DNA of 64,000 nt from an uncultured Solirubrobacterales bacterium (GTDB taxonomy: Bacteria > Actinomycetota > Thermoleophilia > Solirubrobacterales > 70-9): contig CAWDGR010000002.1 in assembly GCA_963801975.1 (NCBI GenBank), forward strand, positions 123,642 through 187,641, read 5' to 3'. Position 1 is the stretch's first letter. Every line of letters starts with the position of its first letter. This document shows, in pieces, positions 33,771 through 46,972 of this stretch. The position numbers and the translations under genes were made by a program. A model generated the notes under the pieces. It had not been told where the DNA came from. It ran no database searches and was given only the letters and a program-made list of their open reading frames with translations.

Positions 33771-34798
33771 GCATGATTGAGCCGAAACCCGCCTTTGCGA
33801 CCACGATCCCGCACGATTACTCGAAGCGGGCGATGGTCTTCGGCGGCCGCAGTTCACAGGATCTGGCCTCGAAGATCGCCGGCAAGCTCCAGCTCGGTCT
33901 CGGAGACGTGACCCTCAAGACGTTCGCCGACGGAGAGATCTACGGCAGGTTCGAGGAGTCGATCCGGGGAGCCGACGTCTTCCTGGTCCAGTCCACCTGC
34001 GCCAACGACGAGACCGGCATGACCCCGAACGACGCCCTGATGGAGCTGATGATCATGGCCGATGCCGCGCAGGGCGCGTCCGCCCACCGGATCATCGCGG
34101 TGATGCCCTGGTTCGGATACGCCCGCCAGGACAAGAAGTCGGCCCCTCGCGAGCCGATCACCGCGCGCGTCGTGGCCCGCATGCTCGAGGCGGTCGGGAT
34201 CGACCGCGTCCTGACCATGGACCTGCATGCCGGGCAGATCCAGGGCTTCTTCACGGTCCCCGTCGACCACATGACGGCGATGCCGATGCTGACCCAGTGG
34301 TTCACCGACCAGTACCGGGCCGAAGACCTCGTGGTGGTCTCGCCGGACGCCGGCCGCGCCAAGGCCGCCCGCAACTTCGCCCGCAAGATCGGCACCGAGT
34401 GGGCGATCATGGAAAAGGAGCGCCCGGCCCAGCAGGTCGCCGAGATCGGCTACGTGGTCGGTGACGTCAAGGACAAGATCGCGATCATCTCCGACGACAT
34501 GATCGACACCGCCGGCACCCTCTGCGCCGCCGCCCGGACCGTTCTCGACGAAGGCGCCAAGAGCGTGATCGCCTGCGCGACCCACGGGGTCTTCTCGGGG
34601 CCTGCCTTCGAGCGCCTGCCCTACGAGAAGTCGGGCATCGAGCGCATCGTCGTCACCGACACGATCCCCCTGCGCCCCGGAGCCCCCGACAACATCACCG
34701 TCCTGACTGCGGCCGGCACCCTGGCCGATTCGATCAACCGGATCTTCACCGACGACTCGGTCTCCGAGATCTTCTCCGGCGAGAACCAGCTCTTCTAG
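33767..34798 (+). CDS. prs: ribose-phosphate diphosphokinase
   Basis: FADGEIYGRFEESIRGADVFLVQS, PWFGYARQDKK, DLHAGQIQGFF, and PRPP loop DDMIDTAGT. Confidence 0.96.
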   Translation: MSMIEPKPAFATTIPHDYSKRAMVFGGRSSQDLASKIAGKLQLGLGDVTLKTFADGEIYGRFEESIRGADVFLVQSTCANDETGMTPNDALMELMIMADAAQGASAHRIIAVMPWFGYARQDKKSAPREPITARVVARMLEAVGIDRVLTMDLHAGQIQGFFTVPVDHMTAMPMLTQWFTDQYRAEDLVVVSPDAGRAKAARNFARKIGTEWAIMEKERPAQQVAEIGYVVGDVKDKIAIISDDMIDTAGTLCAAARTVLDEGAKSVIACATHGVFSGPAFERLPYEKSGIERIVVTDTIPLRPGAPDNITVLTAAGTLADSINRIFTDDSVSEIFSGENQLF

Positions 34799-34866
34799 CC
34801 GGACGGCCTGCCTCGGCTATCGGCGATCTCTCCCGGCGGATCCCCGGGAGGCCTAGAGTTCGGCCC

Positions 34867-35589
34867 ATGTCAATCATCCGGATCGGGCACAAGGGAGCGG
34901 ACGCGCTGGTACCCGGCAATACGATCGCCAGCTTCGAGAAGGCGGTTCAGGTCGGGGTGGACCTGATCGAGTTCGACGTTCTCTGGCTTGAGGACGGCCA
35001 CCCGAGGCTGCCCGCCGCCCGCCGCTCGCCACTGGTCGTGACCCACGACTGGCATTCGGCGGAAGCGAGTCCGCCGCCGACCCTTGACGAAGTCCTGGCG
35101 GCTTTCACCCGGCCTCCGCTGGACGAGGTTGCCATCAACCTCGACATAAAGCTGCCCGGCCGCGAAGGCGAGATCATCGAATCCCTGATCAGCTACGGCC
35201 TGCTCGACCGGGCGCGTGTATCGACCATGGAGACCGCCACCCTGAGGGCGTTGAAGCAGCTCGAGCCCGCCCTCCATCTGGGCTGGACGGTGCCCCGGGC
35301 TACCCGTGACTGGACCTCCAATCCGTGGCTCAGGCCGGCCCTGCTTGCCGGCGTGGCCGCCGCCCGGCGCCGCATGCCGGATGCGGTGCGCCGCGGCATC
35401 CCGAAGCTCGGTGTCGAATCGGTCTGGGCCTTCTTCGGGGTCGTCTCTCCGGAACTGGTCGCGGTAACGGACGAAGCAGGGGTCGAACTGAACGTCTGGA
35501 CGGTCGACGACCCCGATCGCATAGCTGCCCTGCAGGCGCTCGGAGTCAGCGGGATCTGTTCGAACGACCCGCGTCTGCTTCAGCCCTAG
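34867..35589 (+). CDS. glycerophosphodiester phosphodiesterase family protein
   Basis: IGHKGA..L.PGNTIASFEKAV..GVDLIEFDV...NLDIK...VNVWTVDD...GICSNDP. Confidence 0.85.
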   Translation: MSIIRIGHKGADALVPGNTIASFEKAVQVGVDLIEFDVLWLEDGHPRLPAARRSPLVVTHDWHSAEASPPPTLDEVLAAFTRPPLDEVAINLDIKLPGREGEIIESLISYGLLDRARVSTMETATLRALKQLEPALHLGWTVPRATRDWTSNPWLRPALLAGVAAARRRMPDAVRRGIPKLGVESVWAFFGVVSPELVAVTDEAGVELNVWTVDDPDRIAALQALGVSGICSNDPRLLQP

Positions 35590-35592
35590 GAC

Positions 35593-36465
35593 TCAGATCG
35601 TCGAGTTGCTGACGACCGGACCCGAGCCGGAGCCTCCGGCTCCTCCCTTTGTACGAACCGCCCCGTCAAGGTCTTCGACGGTGAAGGCGCCGACCGCCTT
35701 TTCGTCCGCGACATAGCGGTACAGCGCCACTCCGAAGATCGTCGACAGCACCTGCTGGATCAGGGCGGCGATGACCAGGAGCACGAGCCCGACTCCGATC
35801 AGCGCGGCGCCTCCGACCCCGCTGGTCGCCCAGAGCGCTATTCCGCCGGCGATCAGCAGCACCGCCGGCAGGATCCCGAAGAGGGCAACTGCTGCCCCGA
35901 TCGTCACCACGCCGGTGATCTGCTCGCCCCAGCGGCTCTTGACGAGGTGGGCGCAGCGCTTCAGCGTCGCCACGGGTCCGGTGCCTTCGATCGCGATCAC
36001 CGGAATCGCCAGAAAGGTCAGGATGCCCCAGGCCGCCGCGGCCAGGCCACCGAATACGGCGCCGAATACTCCGAGCCGCTCCTGGATCGCCCGGATCACG
36101 GTCATCACGAATACCGAGACGAAAGCCCAGCCGGCCGCCTCGGAAGCCCGTGAACCGGCGACCGCCATGCCTTCACGGAACGAAACCGGCTCACCCGCCA
36201 TCTGCCGATCGGCGCTGTGGGCCAGGCCGATCGCGAAGTAGATCGAGATGTATGCCGCCAGGAAGGCTCCGACCGCGACAAGCACGCCGCCGAGCACCTG
36301 CGACTCCTGGTCGATCAGGTAGAGGCCGGGTCCGATCACCACGGCGACCACGAGCAGGCTCAGCAGCCCGCTGGCGATGGCGAACTTGACCAGCCCCGGA
36401 TCCTCCCGGAACACCGCCCAGCTCTTCTTCGTGAGCTTCCAGCCGTTCTTGATGCGCCTGATCAT
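35593..36465 (-). CDS. polytopic membrane protein (DUF6159-like), hypothetical
   Basis: 290 aa. MIRRIKNGWKLTKKSWAVFREDPGL is followed by 5-6 TM segments and a Gly/Ser tail. Confidence 0.65.
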   Translation of the reverse strand: MIRRIKNGWKLTKKSWAVFREDPGLVKFAIASGLLSLLVVAVVIGPGLYLIDQESQVLGGVLVAVGAFLAAYISIYFAIGLAHSADRQMAGEPVSFREGMAVAGSRASEAAGWAFVSVFVMTVIRAIQERLGVFGAVFGGLAAAAWGILTFLAIPVIAIEGTGPVATLKRCAHLVKSRWGEQITGVVTIGAAVALFGILPAVLLIAGGIALWATSGVGGAALIGVGLVLLVIAALIQQVLSTIFGVALYRYVADEKAVGAFTVEDLDGAVRTKGGAGGSGSGPVVSNSTI

Positions 36466-36483
36466 CGTTTTCCCCTCTGTTGC

Positions 36484-37911
<1,428 letters not shown>

Positions 37912-37949
37912 ACAAGAAGAGTAGAAGGTTCACTATGCTGCCCCGTCCT

Positions 37950-38645
37950 ATGTCTTCTGATAGAGCAACTCTCAACGCCTCGCCCCGCACTGAATTCGGC
38001 ACCCGTACGACGCGTCGCCTGCGTCGTGAGGGCAAGCTGCCCGGTGTCGTCTACTCCGAGGGCTCCGAGGCCGTCTCATTCCAGGTCGAAAGCCGCGAGG
38101 CCCGCGTCGTATTCGGTGCCGGTCACGCCCTCTTCGATCTTCAGATCGAAGGATCTGATCCGGTTCCGGTCGTGGTCAAGGAACAGCAGCACCATCCGGT
38201 GCGCGGCGACCTCCAGCACATCGACCTGCAGAAGGTTCGTCTCGACGTCGCCATTCAGGCGGAAGTCGCGGTTGAACTCGAAGGCGTCGACGATGCGCCC
38301 GGCATCAAGCAGGGTGGAGTGCTCGAGCACGTGACCCGCGAGGTCACGGTCGAAGCACTGCCGACCGCCATTCCCGACTCGATCTCACTCGATGTCTCCG
38401 AGATGGAGATCAACGACAACCTGACGCTGGAAAACCTGACTGCCCCCGATGGCGTCGAACTGATCTCCGACGATCCGGCCGAGGTCACGATCGTCACCCT
38501 CTCGCCGCCGCGCGTCGAAGAGGAGCCCGAGACCGAGGTCGAAGAGGAACCGGGCGTCGTCGGCGAAGAAGGCGAAGAGGGCGAAGCCGAAGGCGAAGCA
38601 CCCGCAGAAGCCGGCGGGGGCGACGACTCCTCTGGCGAGGAGTAG
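37950..38645 (+). CDS. rplY: 50S ribosomal protein L25 / general stress protein Ctc
   Basis: RTEFGTRTTRRLRREGKLPGVVY...HPVRGDLQHIDLQKV, plus an acidic C-terminal tail. The ATG at 37935 is an alternative start. Confidence 0.9.
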   Translation: MSSDRATLNASPRTEFGTRTTRRLRREGKLPGVVYSEGSEAVSFQVESREARVVFGAGHALFDLQIEGSDPVPVVVKEQQHHPVRGDLQHIDLQKVRLDVAIQAEVAVELEGVDDAPGIKQGGVLEHVTREVTVEALPTAIPDSISLDVSEMEINDNLTLENLTAPDGVELISDDPAEVTIVTLSPPRVEEEPETEVEEEPGVVGEEGEEGEAEGEAPAEAGGGDDSSGEE

Positions 38646-38679
38646 GCGCTGTCCATCTTCCGGAGGTCGGGAAGCCGCG

Positions 38680-39296
38680 ATGGTGGCGACCCGGATCCGG
38701 GCGACGCCGGCGATTCTTCGCCGGTTCTGATCGTCGGACTGGGGAATCCCGGCCCGAAGTACGACAGGAGCCGTCACAACGCCGGCTTCATGGTCCTCGA
38801 CCGCCTGGCTGAGCGCTGGGGAATCGGTCGCAGCAAAGAGAAGTTCCGCGGGGTTGTCGGCGAGGGCCGGATCGCCCCGGGGGGCCCGCGCGTGGTCCTG
38901 CTCAAACCGCTGACCTTCATGAACGAGTCCGGCAAATCTGCCGGTCCGGCCGCCGGCTCGAAGCACATCCCGCCCGATCGAATCATCGCCGTCCACGACG
39001 AGATCGACCTGCCGTTCGGAGAGGTCCGTACGAGGCTCGGCGGAGGACTGGCCGGCCACAACGGCCTCAAGAGCCTGAAGGGCGGCTTCGGCACGAGCGA
39101 ATTCTGGAGAGTGAGAGTCGGGGTGGACCGTCCCGACAGCACCGATCCCGAGCGTGTGGCCGGCTATGTGCTGGGCCGATTCAGCGAGAGTGGCGAAGAG
39201 GTCCGTGATCTGATCGAATCCGGGGCGGACGAAACCGAAAGACTCGTAGAGAAACTGAATGCTGCCGAAGGTGGCGAAGAGGAGATGAAGAGTTGA
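38680..39296 (+). CDS. pth: peptidyl-tRNA hydrolase (5' end unresolved)
   Basis: LIVGLGNPGPKYDRSRHNAGFMVLD...FMNESG...HDEIDLPFG...GGLAGHNGLKS. The conserved N-terminus (from 38727) lies upstream of the first in-frame ATG/GTG/TTG (38790). That frame is open from 38646 with no canonical start. The nearest ATG (38680) is in another frame. Confidence 0.85.
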
Positions 39297-40003
39297 GCCT
39301 GACCAGCTATCACGTCGAAGACCGAGTGGCCCTCCTTCAGATGGACCGGCCGAATCAGATGAACGCGATCAGTACCGAGATGCTGGGCGAGCTGCTGATG
39401 CATCTGGCGGTCGCGCGCGAGGACGAGAACGTCCGTGCCGTCGTCTTTTCGTCCACCGACTACAGCTGCTTCTCGGCCGGCGCCGACATCAAGGAGGACC
39501 TCGACGAAGAGGGCCGGGTCACCCGGATGCAGCAGTTCGCAGACCTCTACGACGCAGTCGTCCAGTGCCCGAAGCCGACGATCGCCGCCTGCCACGGCTA
39601 CACGGTCGGAGGCGGGGCCGAGATCGCAATCGGCTGCGACATCCGGATCGGCGGCTCCAACCTCCAGATGCGCTTTCCCGGGGCCGAGCTCGGAGTTCCG
39701 GTCGGACCGGCGAGGCTGGTCACCCTCTGCGGTCTTTCCGCGGCCAAGTTCCTGCTTCTGACCTCCAGCGTGGTCAAAGCCGACGAGGCCTTCAGGCTGA
39801 ACCTGGTCAACCGGCTGGCGCCAGGCGCGGCAACCGAAAACACGGCGATGGAGATGGCCGGCAGGATCGCGGCCTTCGACCCGGCAGCGGTGGCCGACCT
39901 GAAGCGCATGCTCCACAGGTGGGACGACATCGAAGGCCGCTCGGCTGACGAAGGCCGCGGTCAGGTCGAATGGCAGCGCACCGGGCCCGGCCTGGGAGGC
40001 TGA
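39293..40003 (+). CDS. enoyl-CoA hydratase/isomerase (crotonase) family protein
   Basis: LQMDRPNQMNAIS...FSAGADIKE...AACHGYTVGGGAEIAIGCDIRI. Confidence 0.85.
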   Translation: MSLTSYHVEDRVALLQMDRPNQMNAISTEMLGELLMHLAVAREDENVRAVVFSSTDYSCFSAGADIKEDLDEEGRVTRMQQFADLYDAVVQCPKPTIAACHGYTVGGGAEIAIGCDIRIGGSNLQMRFPGAELGVPVGPARLVTLCGLSAAKFLLLTSSVVKADEAFRLNLVNRLAPGAATENTAMEMAGRIAAFDPAAVADLKRMLHRWDDIEGRSADEGRGQVEWQRTGPGLGG

Positions 40004-40162
40004 CCCGCCCGCACCGGACATGACCCCGGGGCTGCGCCTCCCCCGGAGGGTTGCTTCGCATACGATCGTCGACCGCTGTCCCTTCGCCCTGCCATAGACC
40101 TTCTGCTTGACGACCCCCGGGTAGCCGCGCTTTCCGGGAAAGTCCGTGCTGCCGCCGACGGT

Positions 40163-43100
40163 GTGGCGACCGGGTCGGGGGACGCGAGAGTGGCGGCCAG
40201 GGTGTCTGCGGCGCTGAGGCCCGCCCTGCTCGCCTCGATGCTCGAGGACGACCAGGGGCTCGAGAGCAGGCCGGTGCTGATCGTCACCGCTGACGACCGA
40301 TCCGCCCGGGAGATGAGCAGCCAGTTGCGGGCCTACCTCGGCGACCGCAAGGTTCGTTCCTACCCGTCGCGCGGAACCGGCTACGCGTCGCAGGTCAGTC
40401 CGCCGCCGCACCTGATCGGCCTGCGGATAGACGCCCTCGACTCCTTCAGCCGGCAGGAGGCGACCCCGCCCGTGGTCGTCGCCAGCGCGATAGCCCTTGC
40501 CGAGGCGGTGCCCGGACCTGAACTGCGCCCGGCCGGTTTCAGCATCGGGGTCGGCGAACAGCATGATCCGCTGACGGTGGCCGAAGACCTCGCGGCGGCC
40601 GGCTACGAGCGCGTGGACCAGGTCACCGAGCGGGGTCATTTCGCCGTTCGCGGCGGGATCCTCGACGTCTTCGCCGCCACCGAGGACAGGGCCGCCAGGG
40701 TCGAGTTCTTCGGCGACGAGATCGAATCGATGCGCTGGTTCTCGACCTTCACCCAGCGGTCACTGGGCGACGCGGCCGAACTCGAACTCGCCCCCGCCGC
40801 AGAGCTCGACGTCGAGCACCGTGAGCTGGCCGAGCTGGCTGTGGCCGAAGCGCTCGAGGAAGGGGTCGCCCCGGACCTCGCCGAGGTACTTCCCGTTTCC
40901 GACTTCCACGCCCCCCTCGATCTGATCCCGGATGTCGCCGCGGTGATCCTCGCTGCGGAAGACGAAATCGAGCCGGCGCTGAAGGATCACTGGGAGGACG
41001 CGACCACCGCCATGCACGCCGCCGACGCGCGGCATCTCTACGAGGACGTGGCCGAGCCGCTGCTCGCGCGGGCGGCGATGGTGATCTCGCGCCCGGTCGA
41101 CGGGGATGCGCCGGCCGGGGAAGACGGCGACCCGGACGTCGCGGAGCCGTTGCGTGCCACCTTCGCCGAGACCCCGGCGCGAAACGTCGTCGAGGCCGAA
41201 GCCGAACTGGTCAAGCTCGTGGCCTCGGGTTATCGGACGGTGGTCGCCTTCGACTCCCGCGGTGAGGCGGAGCGGACCCGATACGGATTCGAGCGGATCG
41301 ACGCCAGGATCCTCGACGCCGGCCGACTGCCGGCGGACCCCGGAGTGACCCTGGTCGAAGCCCGGATCAGCGAGGGCTTCGTCTCGCCGGGCTCGAAGAT
41401 CGCCGTGATCCCTTTCCGGCGCCTGGTTCACCGCCGGCGCCGGGCCGACGAACGCGCCCCCGAGGGCGTCCGCGGTCGACTGACCTTCTCGGAACTCCGG
41501 GTCGGCGACTACGTGGTGCATGAAGACCACGGTGTGGCCCGTTTCGCGGGCTTCGAAACGCGAGAGGTCGGCGGGATCACACGGGACTACCTGTACCTCG
41601 AGTACAAGGGCGAAGACAGGGTCTACGTGCCGACCGACCAGTTCGCCAAGCTCTCGCGCTACTCAGGCGCGGCGGGCTCGCCGACGCTCTCGGCTCTCGG
41701 CGGCAAGAAGTGGCTGAACATGAAGGCCCGGGCACGCCGGGCCGCCGCCGAGATCGCCGGGGAACTGGTCAACCTCTACGCCGAGCGCCGCACCCGCAAG
41801 GGTCATGCCTTTCCGCCCGACTCGGAGTGGCAGATGAGCCTCGAGGCGGCCTTCCCTTACCGCGAGACCGCCGACCAGGTGGAGGCGATCGAGGCGGTCA
41901 AGGCCGACATGGAGTCGCCGCGCCCGATGGACAGGCTGGTCTGCGGCGATGTCGGCTACGGCAAGACGGAGGTTGCGATCCGGGCTGCGGTCAAGGCCGC
42001 CTCGGACGGCAGGCAGGTGATGATCCTCGCTCCGACCACGATCCTGGCCCAGCAGCACCTCGGCACTTTCAGGGAGCGGCTGGCCGACCTGCCGTTCAGG
42101 GTTGACGGAGTGAGCCGCCTGCGCCGTCCGGCCGAAGTCAGGCAGGTGATCGCCGACTGGTCCGACGGTGGCGTCGACATCCTGATCGGTACCCACCGCC
42201 TGCTGTCACGGGATGTCCGGGCAAAGGAGCTCGGCCTGATCGTGGTCGACGAGGAACAGCGCTTCGGGGTCAAGCAGAAGGAGTTGCTGCGGCAGATGAA
42301 GCTGAAGGTGGACGTGCTGTCGATGTCCGCCACGCCGATTCCGCGCACGCTCCAGATGTCGATGGCGGGGCTGCGGGATATCTCGGTCATCGAGACACCA
42401 CCCGAGGGACGGCGCCCGGTCCGGACCTATGTGGGCCCCTGGGACGAGGCGCTGGTCGAGCGGGCGATCAAGCGCGAGGTTGAGCGCAAGGGCCAGGTCT
42501 TCTTCCTCCACAACCGGGTCGAGTCGCTCGACGACGCGGCAGAGCGGATGCGTGCGCTGGTCCCGGGGCTGCGCGTCGTCATCGCCCACGGGCAGATGGA
42601 AGAAGGGGTGCTCGAGAAGGCGATGCTGACCTTCATGCGGGGCGAGGCCGACTGCCTGGTGGCGACCACGATCATCGAATCGGGGATCGACATCCCGGCC
42701 GCGAATACGCTGATCGTCGAGCGCGCCGACCATCTCGGTCTGGCGCAGGCGTACCAGATCCGCGGAAGGGTCGGAAGATCACGCGAGCGCGCCTTCGCCT
42801 ATCTGCTCTACCCGACCGAAGAGTCGCTGACCGGAGAAGCCTCGACCCGTCTTGCGACCCTGGCCGACCACACCGAGCTGGGCTCGGGCTTCCGGATCGC
42901 GATGCGTGATCTCGATATCCGTGGTGCCGGAAACCTGCTCGGGGACGAGCAGTCCGGCCACGTCGCGGCGGTCGGATTCGAGCTCTACTGCCAGTTGATC
43001 GACGAAGCGGTGGCGGAGATGTCCGACCGGGAGGAAGACGAAGAGGCAGCCGAGCCGGTCCGCCTCGACGTCGGAGTCGACGCCTACCTGCCGGCCTCCT

Positions 43101-43507
43101 GGATTCCGTTCGAGGCGGCCAAGATCGACATGCACCGCAGGATTGCCGCAGCCCGCCGGACCGGAGATCTGCGCCAGGTCCGTGATGAGATGCTCGACCG
43201 ATTCGGCCGACTCCCCGAGGAGGCCGAAAACCTGCTCGCCCTGCAGGGGGCCAGGATCGGACTCGGCGCGGCGGGTGCTTCAGCGGTTCAGTTTCGTGGC
43301 GGCAAGCTGACCGTGGCCGGTGTCGAACTCGACTCCGAAGCGGCCGACTCGCTGCGGGGGAAGGTCGAGGGTTCGTCCTACGACTGGAAGGCGCAGGAGG
43401 TTTCCATGCGCGTCGACAACGATCCGCAGCCCCGCCTGAAGGCGATCACGCTGCTCGCCGATGCGCTCGGTGAGGTCCGGATGGATATGCTCTCCAATTC
43501 GTTGTGA
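40163..43507 (+). CDS. mfd: transcription-repair coupling factor
   Basis: Uninterrupted 1114 aa with the CarD-like RID domain (DYVVHEDHGVARF), helicase motifs GDVGYGKTEVA, DEEQRFG and SATPIPRT, and a TRG/C-terminal domain. Mfd-like sequence (LSLRPAIDLLLDDPRVAAL) continues upstream of GTG 40163 in the same frame without a start codon, so the start is uncertain. Confidence 0.95.
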   Translation: MATGSGDARVAARVSAALRPALLASMLEDDQGLESRPVLIVTADDRSAREMSSQLRAYLGDRKVRSYPSRGTGYASQVSPPPHLIGLRIDALDSFSRQEATPPVVVASAIALAEAVPGPELRPAGFSIGVGEQHDPLTVAEDLAAAGYERVDQVTERGHFAVRGGILDVFAATEDRAARVEFFGDEIESMRWFSTFTQRSLGDAAELELAPAAELDVEHRELAELAVAEALEEGVAPDLAEVLPVSDFHAPLDLIPDVAAVILAAEDEIEPALKDHWEDATTAMHAADARHLYEDVAEPLLARAAMVISRPVDGDAPAGEDGDPDVAEPLRATFAETPARNVVEAEAELVKLVASGYRTVVAFDSRGEAERTRYGFERIDARILDAGRLPADPGVTLVEARISEGFVSPGSKIAVIPFRRLVHRRRRADERAPEGVRGRLTFSELRVGDYVVHEDHGVARFAGFETREVGGITRDYLYLEYKGEDRVYVPTDQFAKLSRYSGAAGSPTLSALGGKKWLNMKARARRAAAEIAGELVNLYAERRTRKGHAFPPDSEWQMSLEAAFPYRETADQVEAIEAVKADMESPRPMDRLVCGDVGYGKTEVAIRAAVKAASDGRQVMILAPTTILAQQHLGTFRERLADLPFRVDGVSRLRRPAEVRQVIADWSDGGVDILIGTHRLLSRDVRAKELGLIVVDEEQRFGVKQKELLRQMKLKVDVLSMSATPIPRTLQMSMAGLRDISVIETPPEGRRPVRTYVGPWDEALVERAIKREVERKGQVFFLHNRVESLDDAAERMRALVPGLRVVIAHGQMEEGVLEKAMLTFMRGEADCLVATTIIESGIDIPAANTLIVERADHLGLAQAYQIRGRVGRSRERAFAYLLYPTEESLTGEASTRLATLADHTELGSGFRIAMRDLDIRGAGNLLGDEQSGHVAAVGFELYCQLIDEAVAEMSDREEDEEAAEPVRLDVGVDAYLPASWIPFEAAKIDMHRRIAAARRTGDLRQVRDEMLDRFGRLPEEAENLLALQGARIGLGAAGASAVQFRGGKLTVAGVELDSEAADSLRGKVEGSSYDWKAQEVSMRVDNDPQPRLKAITLLADALGEVRMDMLSNSL

Positions 43508-43544
43508 GGTCATCGGTTTCAGCCATTTCAGGAGGGTCAACTGC

Positions 43545-44846
43545 ATGAGCGGTGCGCGCAAGTCAGGTCTGATCGTTTTCGGGGCGATTCTCGTCCTTCT
43601 TTTTGCAGGCATCGCCGTTGCCCAGGGCATCGGCAACCCCAGCGTGCCCGACGGTGACATCGCTCTGGTCGAAGACGTACCCGACGGCATCGGGAACATC
43701 AGCCAGGAAGACTACGACCGCTCCTTCCGCCAGACCTGGAAGCGCGGAGGCCTGCAGCAGGCCCCCGAGGCCGGTGACGCGCAGTTCGAGCAGATCAAGG
43801 AAGCCGCGATCAACGACCTGCTCGACCAGGCCTGGCTCACCGGGGAGGCCGCCGAAATCGGCGTCACCGCCACCGACCGCGAGATCGACAACGAGTTCGC
43901 GACGATCCGCCAGGACCAGTTCCCGAACGAGGCCGCTTTCCAGACCTTTCTGGAGGACAGTGGCTTCACCGAGGAGGAAGTTCTCGACCGGGTCCGGCTC
44001 CAGGTTCTGAGCCGCAAGATCGAGGAGCAGATCACCAGCGACGTCACCGAAGTACCCGAGGATGAGATCGAGGAATTCTACGAGAGCTCGAAGGAGAACT
44101 TCACGACTCCCGAGACCCGTGACATCCGCCTGATCGTCGCCGACAACCAGGCCGATGCCGACGCGGTCGAGGCGGCACTCGAAGAGAGCTCGGAGACCAA
44201 GGACTACGCCCGACTGGCACGTGAATTCTCGACCAACGGCAGCAGTTCGCAGGGTGGCCGGACGGTGGCGACCGAAGGCGCCTTCCCGGATCCCGCAGGC
44301 TCGGAGGTCATGAGTGCGGACGAAGGAGCGGAACTCGGTCCGATCGAGGCCGGAGGCGACTTCTACTTCTTCAGGGTCGACACGATCAACGCTGAGGAAA
44401 CCCAGAGTCTCGATGACGTTCGGCAGCAGATCCAGCAGCAGATTCTGCCCACCCTGCAGCAGCAGGCGATGAGCGACTTCGTGGCTGACTACAACGCGAA
44501 GTGGACCTCGCGCACCTTCTGCGCCGAGGACTTCACGGTCGCCCGCTGCAGCAATTTCGAGGGCGACGGCCGGATCGAAAGCGCTGATCCGGCCTGTTAC
44601 GAAGATGGCGCGGCTGACGCCGAGCCGGCCCTGTCCTGCCCGGCGGCGGTCGGACTGTGGGCACCACAGAGCCCCGGCGGCAGCGCGCTCGACCCGCTCT
44701 CACCGGCGGCCGGGGTCAACCGGCCTCAGGGTCCGGTCCCGGCCGGCGATCCCGAAGATGCGGCAGCGGCTGCGGCGGCGGCAGCCGGAGCGGGTCAGAT
44801 CCCGCCCGGTGGTGCCGGTGGAGTACAGCAGGTTCCGGGCCAGTAA
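43545..44846 (+). CDS. membrane-anchored SurA/PpiC-type peptidyl-prolyl isomerase-like chaperone
   Basis: AGGAGGG lies 8 nt upstream of ATG 43545. N-terminal anchor LIVFGAILVLLFAGIAVA, a SurA-N-like helical region, and a parvulin-like segment (RDIRLIVADN...STNGSSSQGG...GPIEAGGDFYFFRV). The C-terminus is low-complexity Ala/Pro/Gly. Confidence 0.72.
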   Translation: MSGARKSGLIVFGAILVLLFAGIAVAQGIGNPSVPDGDIALVEDVPDGIGNISQEDYDRSFRQTWKRGGLQQAPEAGDAQFEQIKEAAINDLLDQAWLTGEAAEIGVTATDREIDNEFATIRQDQFPNEAAFQTFLEDSGFTEEEVLDRVRLQVLSRKIEEQITSDVTEVPEDEIEEFYESSKENFTTPETRDIRLIVADNQADADAVEAALEESSETKDYARLAREFSTNGSSSQGGRTVATEGAFPDPAGSEVMSADEGAELGPIEAGGDFYFFRVDTINAEETQSLDDVRQQIQQQILPTLQQQAMSDFVADYNAKWTSRTFCAEDFTVARCSNFEGDGRIESADPACYEDGAADAEPALSCPAAVGLWAPQSPGGSALDPLSPAAGVNRPQGPVPAGDPEDAAAAAAAAAGAGQIPPGGAGGVQQVPGQ

Positions 44847-44876
44847 CGCTGACCAGCCGGACAGGGGCTTGAGCCG

Positions 44877-45545
44877 GTGAACGGTCAGGACCTGGCCGAC
44901 TCCCTTTCACGCCTCGACGAGGTGACCCGCAGGCTGCGGGTCGAGTGCCCTTGGGACCGTGAGCAGGATGCGCGTTCGATCGTCCCTCACACGGTCGAAG
45001 AAGCCTACGAGCTGGCCGAAGCCGCCCGCAACGGGGACAACGCCGCGATGCGAGACGAGCTCGGCGACGTGCTGTTCCAGGTCGTCTTCCTTTCACTGCT
45101 GCTCGAGGAACAGGGCGAGGGGGACCTCGCCCTGATCGCCACCCAGCTGACCGACAAACTGATCCGCCGGCACCCGCACGTCTATTCGCCGGAAGAGGAC
45201 GGAGGCGGAGCGGCAGGTGACGAGGGCGGCGCCGCAGCTATAGATACCGCCGACGATGTGCGCCGGCAGTGGGACCGGATCAAGCAGGACGTCGAAGGCC
45301 GCACCGCGGAGAAGGACTGGCGGAAGCCCGGCCTGCCGGCCCTGACCTTCGCCAGCAAGGTCCAGTGGAAGCTCGATCCCGTCGAGCGCCCGGCCAACGC
45401 CGCCGCCGACAACCCTGATCGCGACGCCGATGAAGCCGAGGTCGGTCGCATGCTGTGGCAGGCGGTAGCCGAAGCACGCCGTCGCGGGGTCGATGCCGAG
45501 CTGGCCCTGCGGGCCGAAGCCGAGCGCCACGCGCCCCGCCAGTAG
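44877..45545 (+). CDS. mazG: MazG family nucleoside triphosphate pyrophosphohydrolase
   Basis: LRVECPWDREQD..S...T.EEAYELAEA......M.DELGDVLFQVVF. It sits between mfd and eno, as in other actinobacteria. Confidence 0.85.
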   Translation: MNGQDLADSLSRLDEVTRRLRVECPWDREQDARSIVPHTVEEAYELAEAARNGDNAAMRDELGDVLFQVVFLSLLLEEQGEGDLALIATQLTDKLIRRHPHVYSPEEDGGGAAGDEGGAAAIDTADDVRRQWDRIKQDVEGRTAEKDWRKPGLPALTFASKVQWKLDPVERPANAAADNPDRDADEAEVGRMLWQAVAEARRRGVDAELALRAEAERHAPRQ

Positions 45546-45553
45546 CCGGATGA

Positions 45554-46939
<1,386 letters not shown>

Positions 46940-46972
46940 AGGAAATGACCGTCCGCCCGCGAAGGGTCGGAC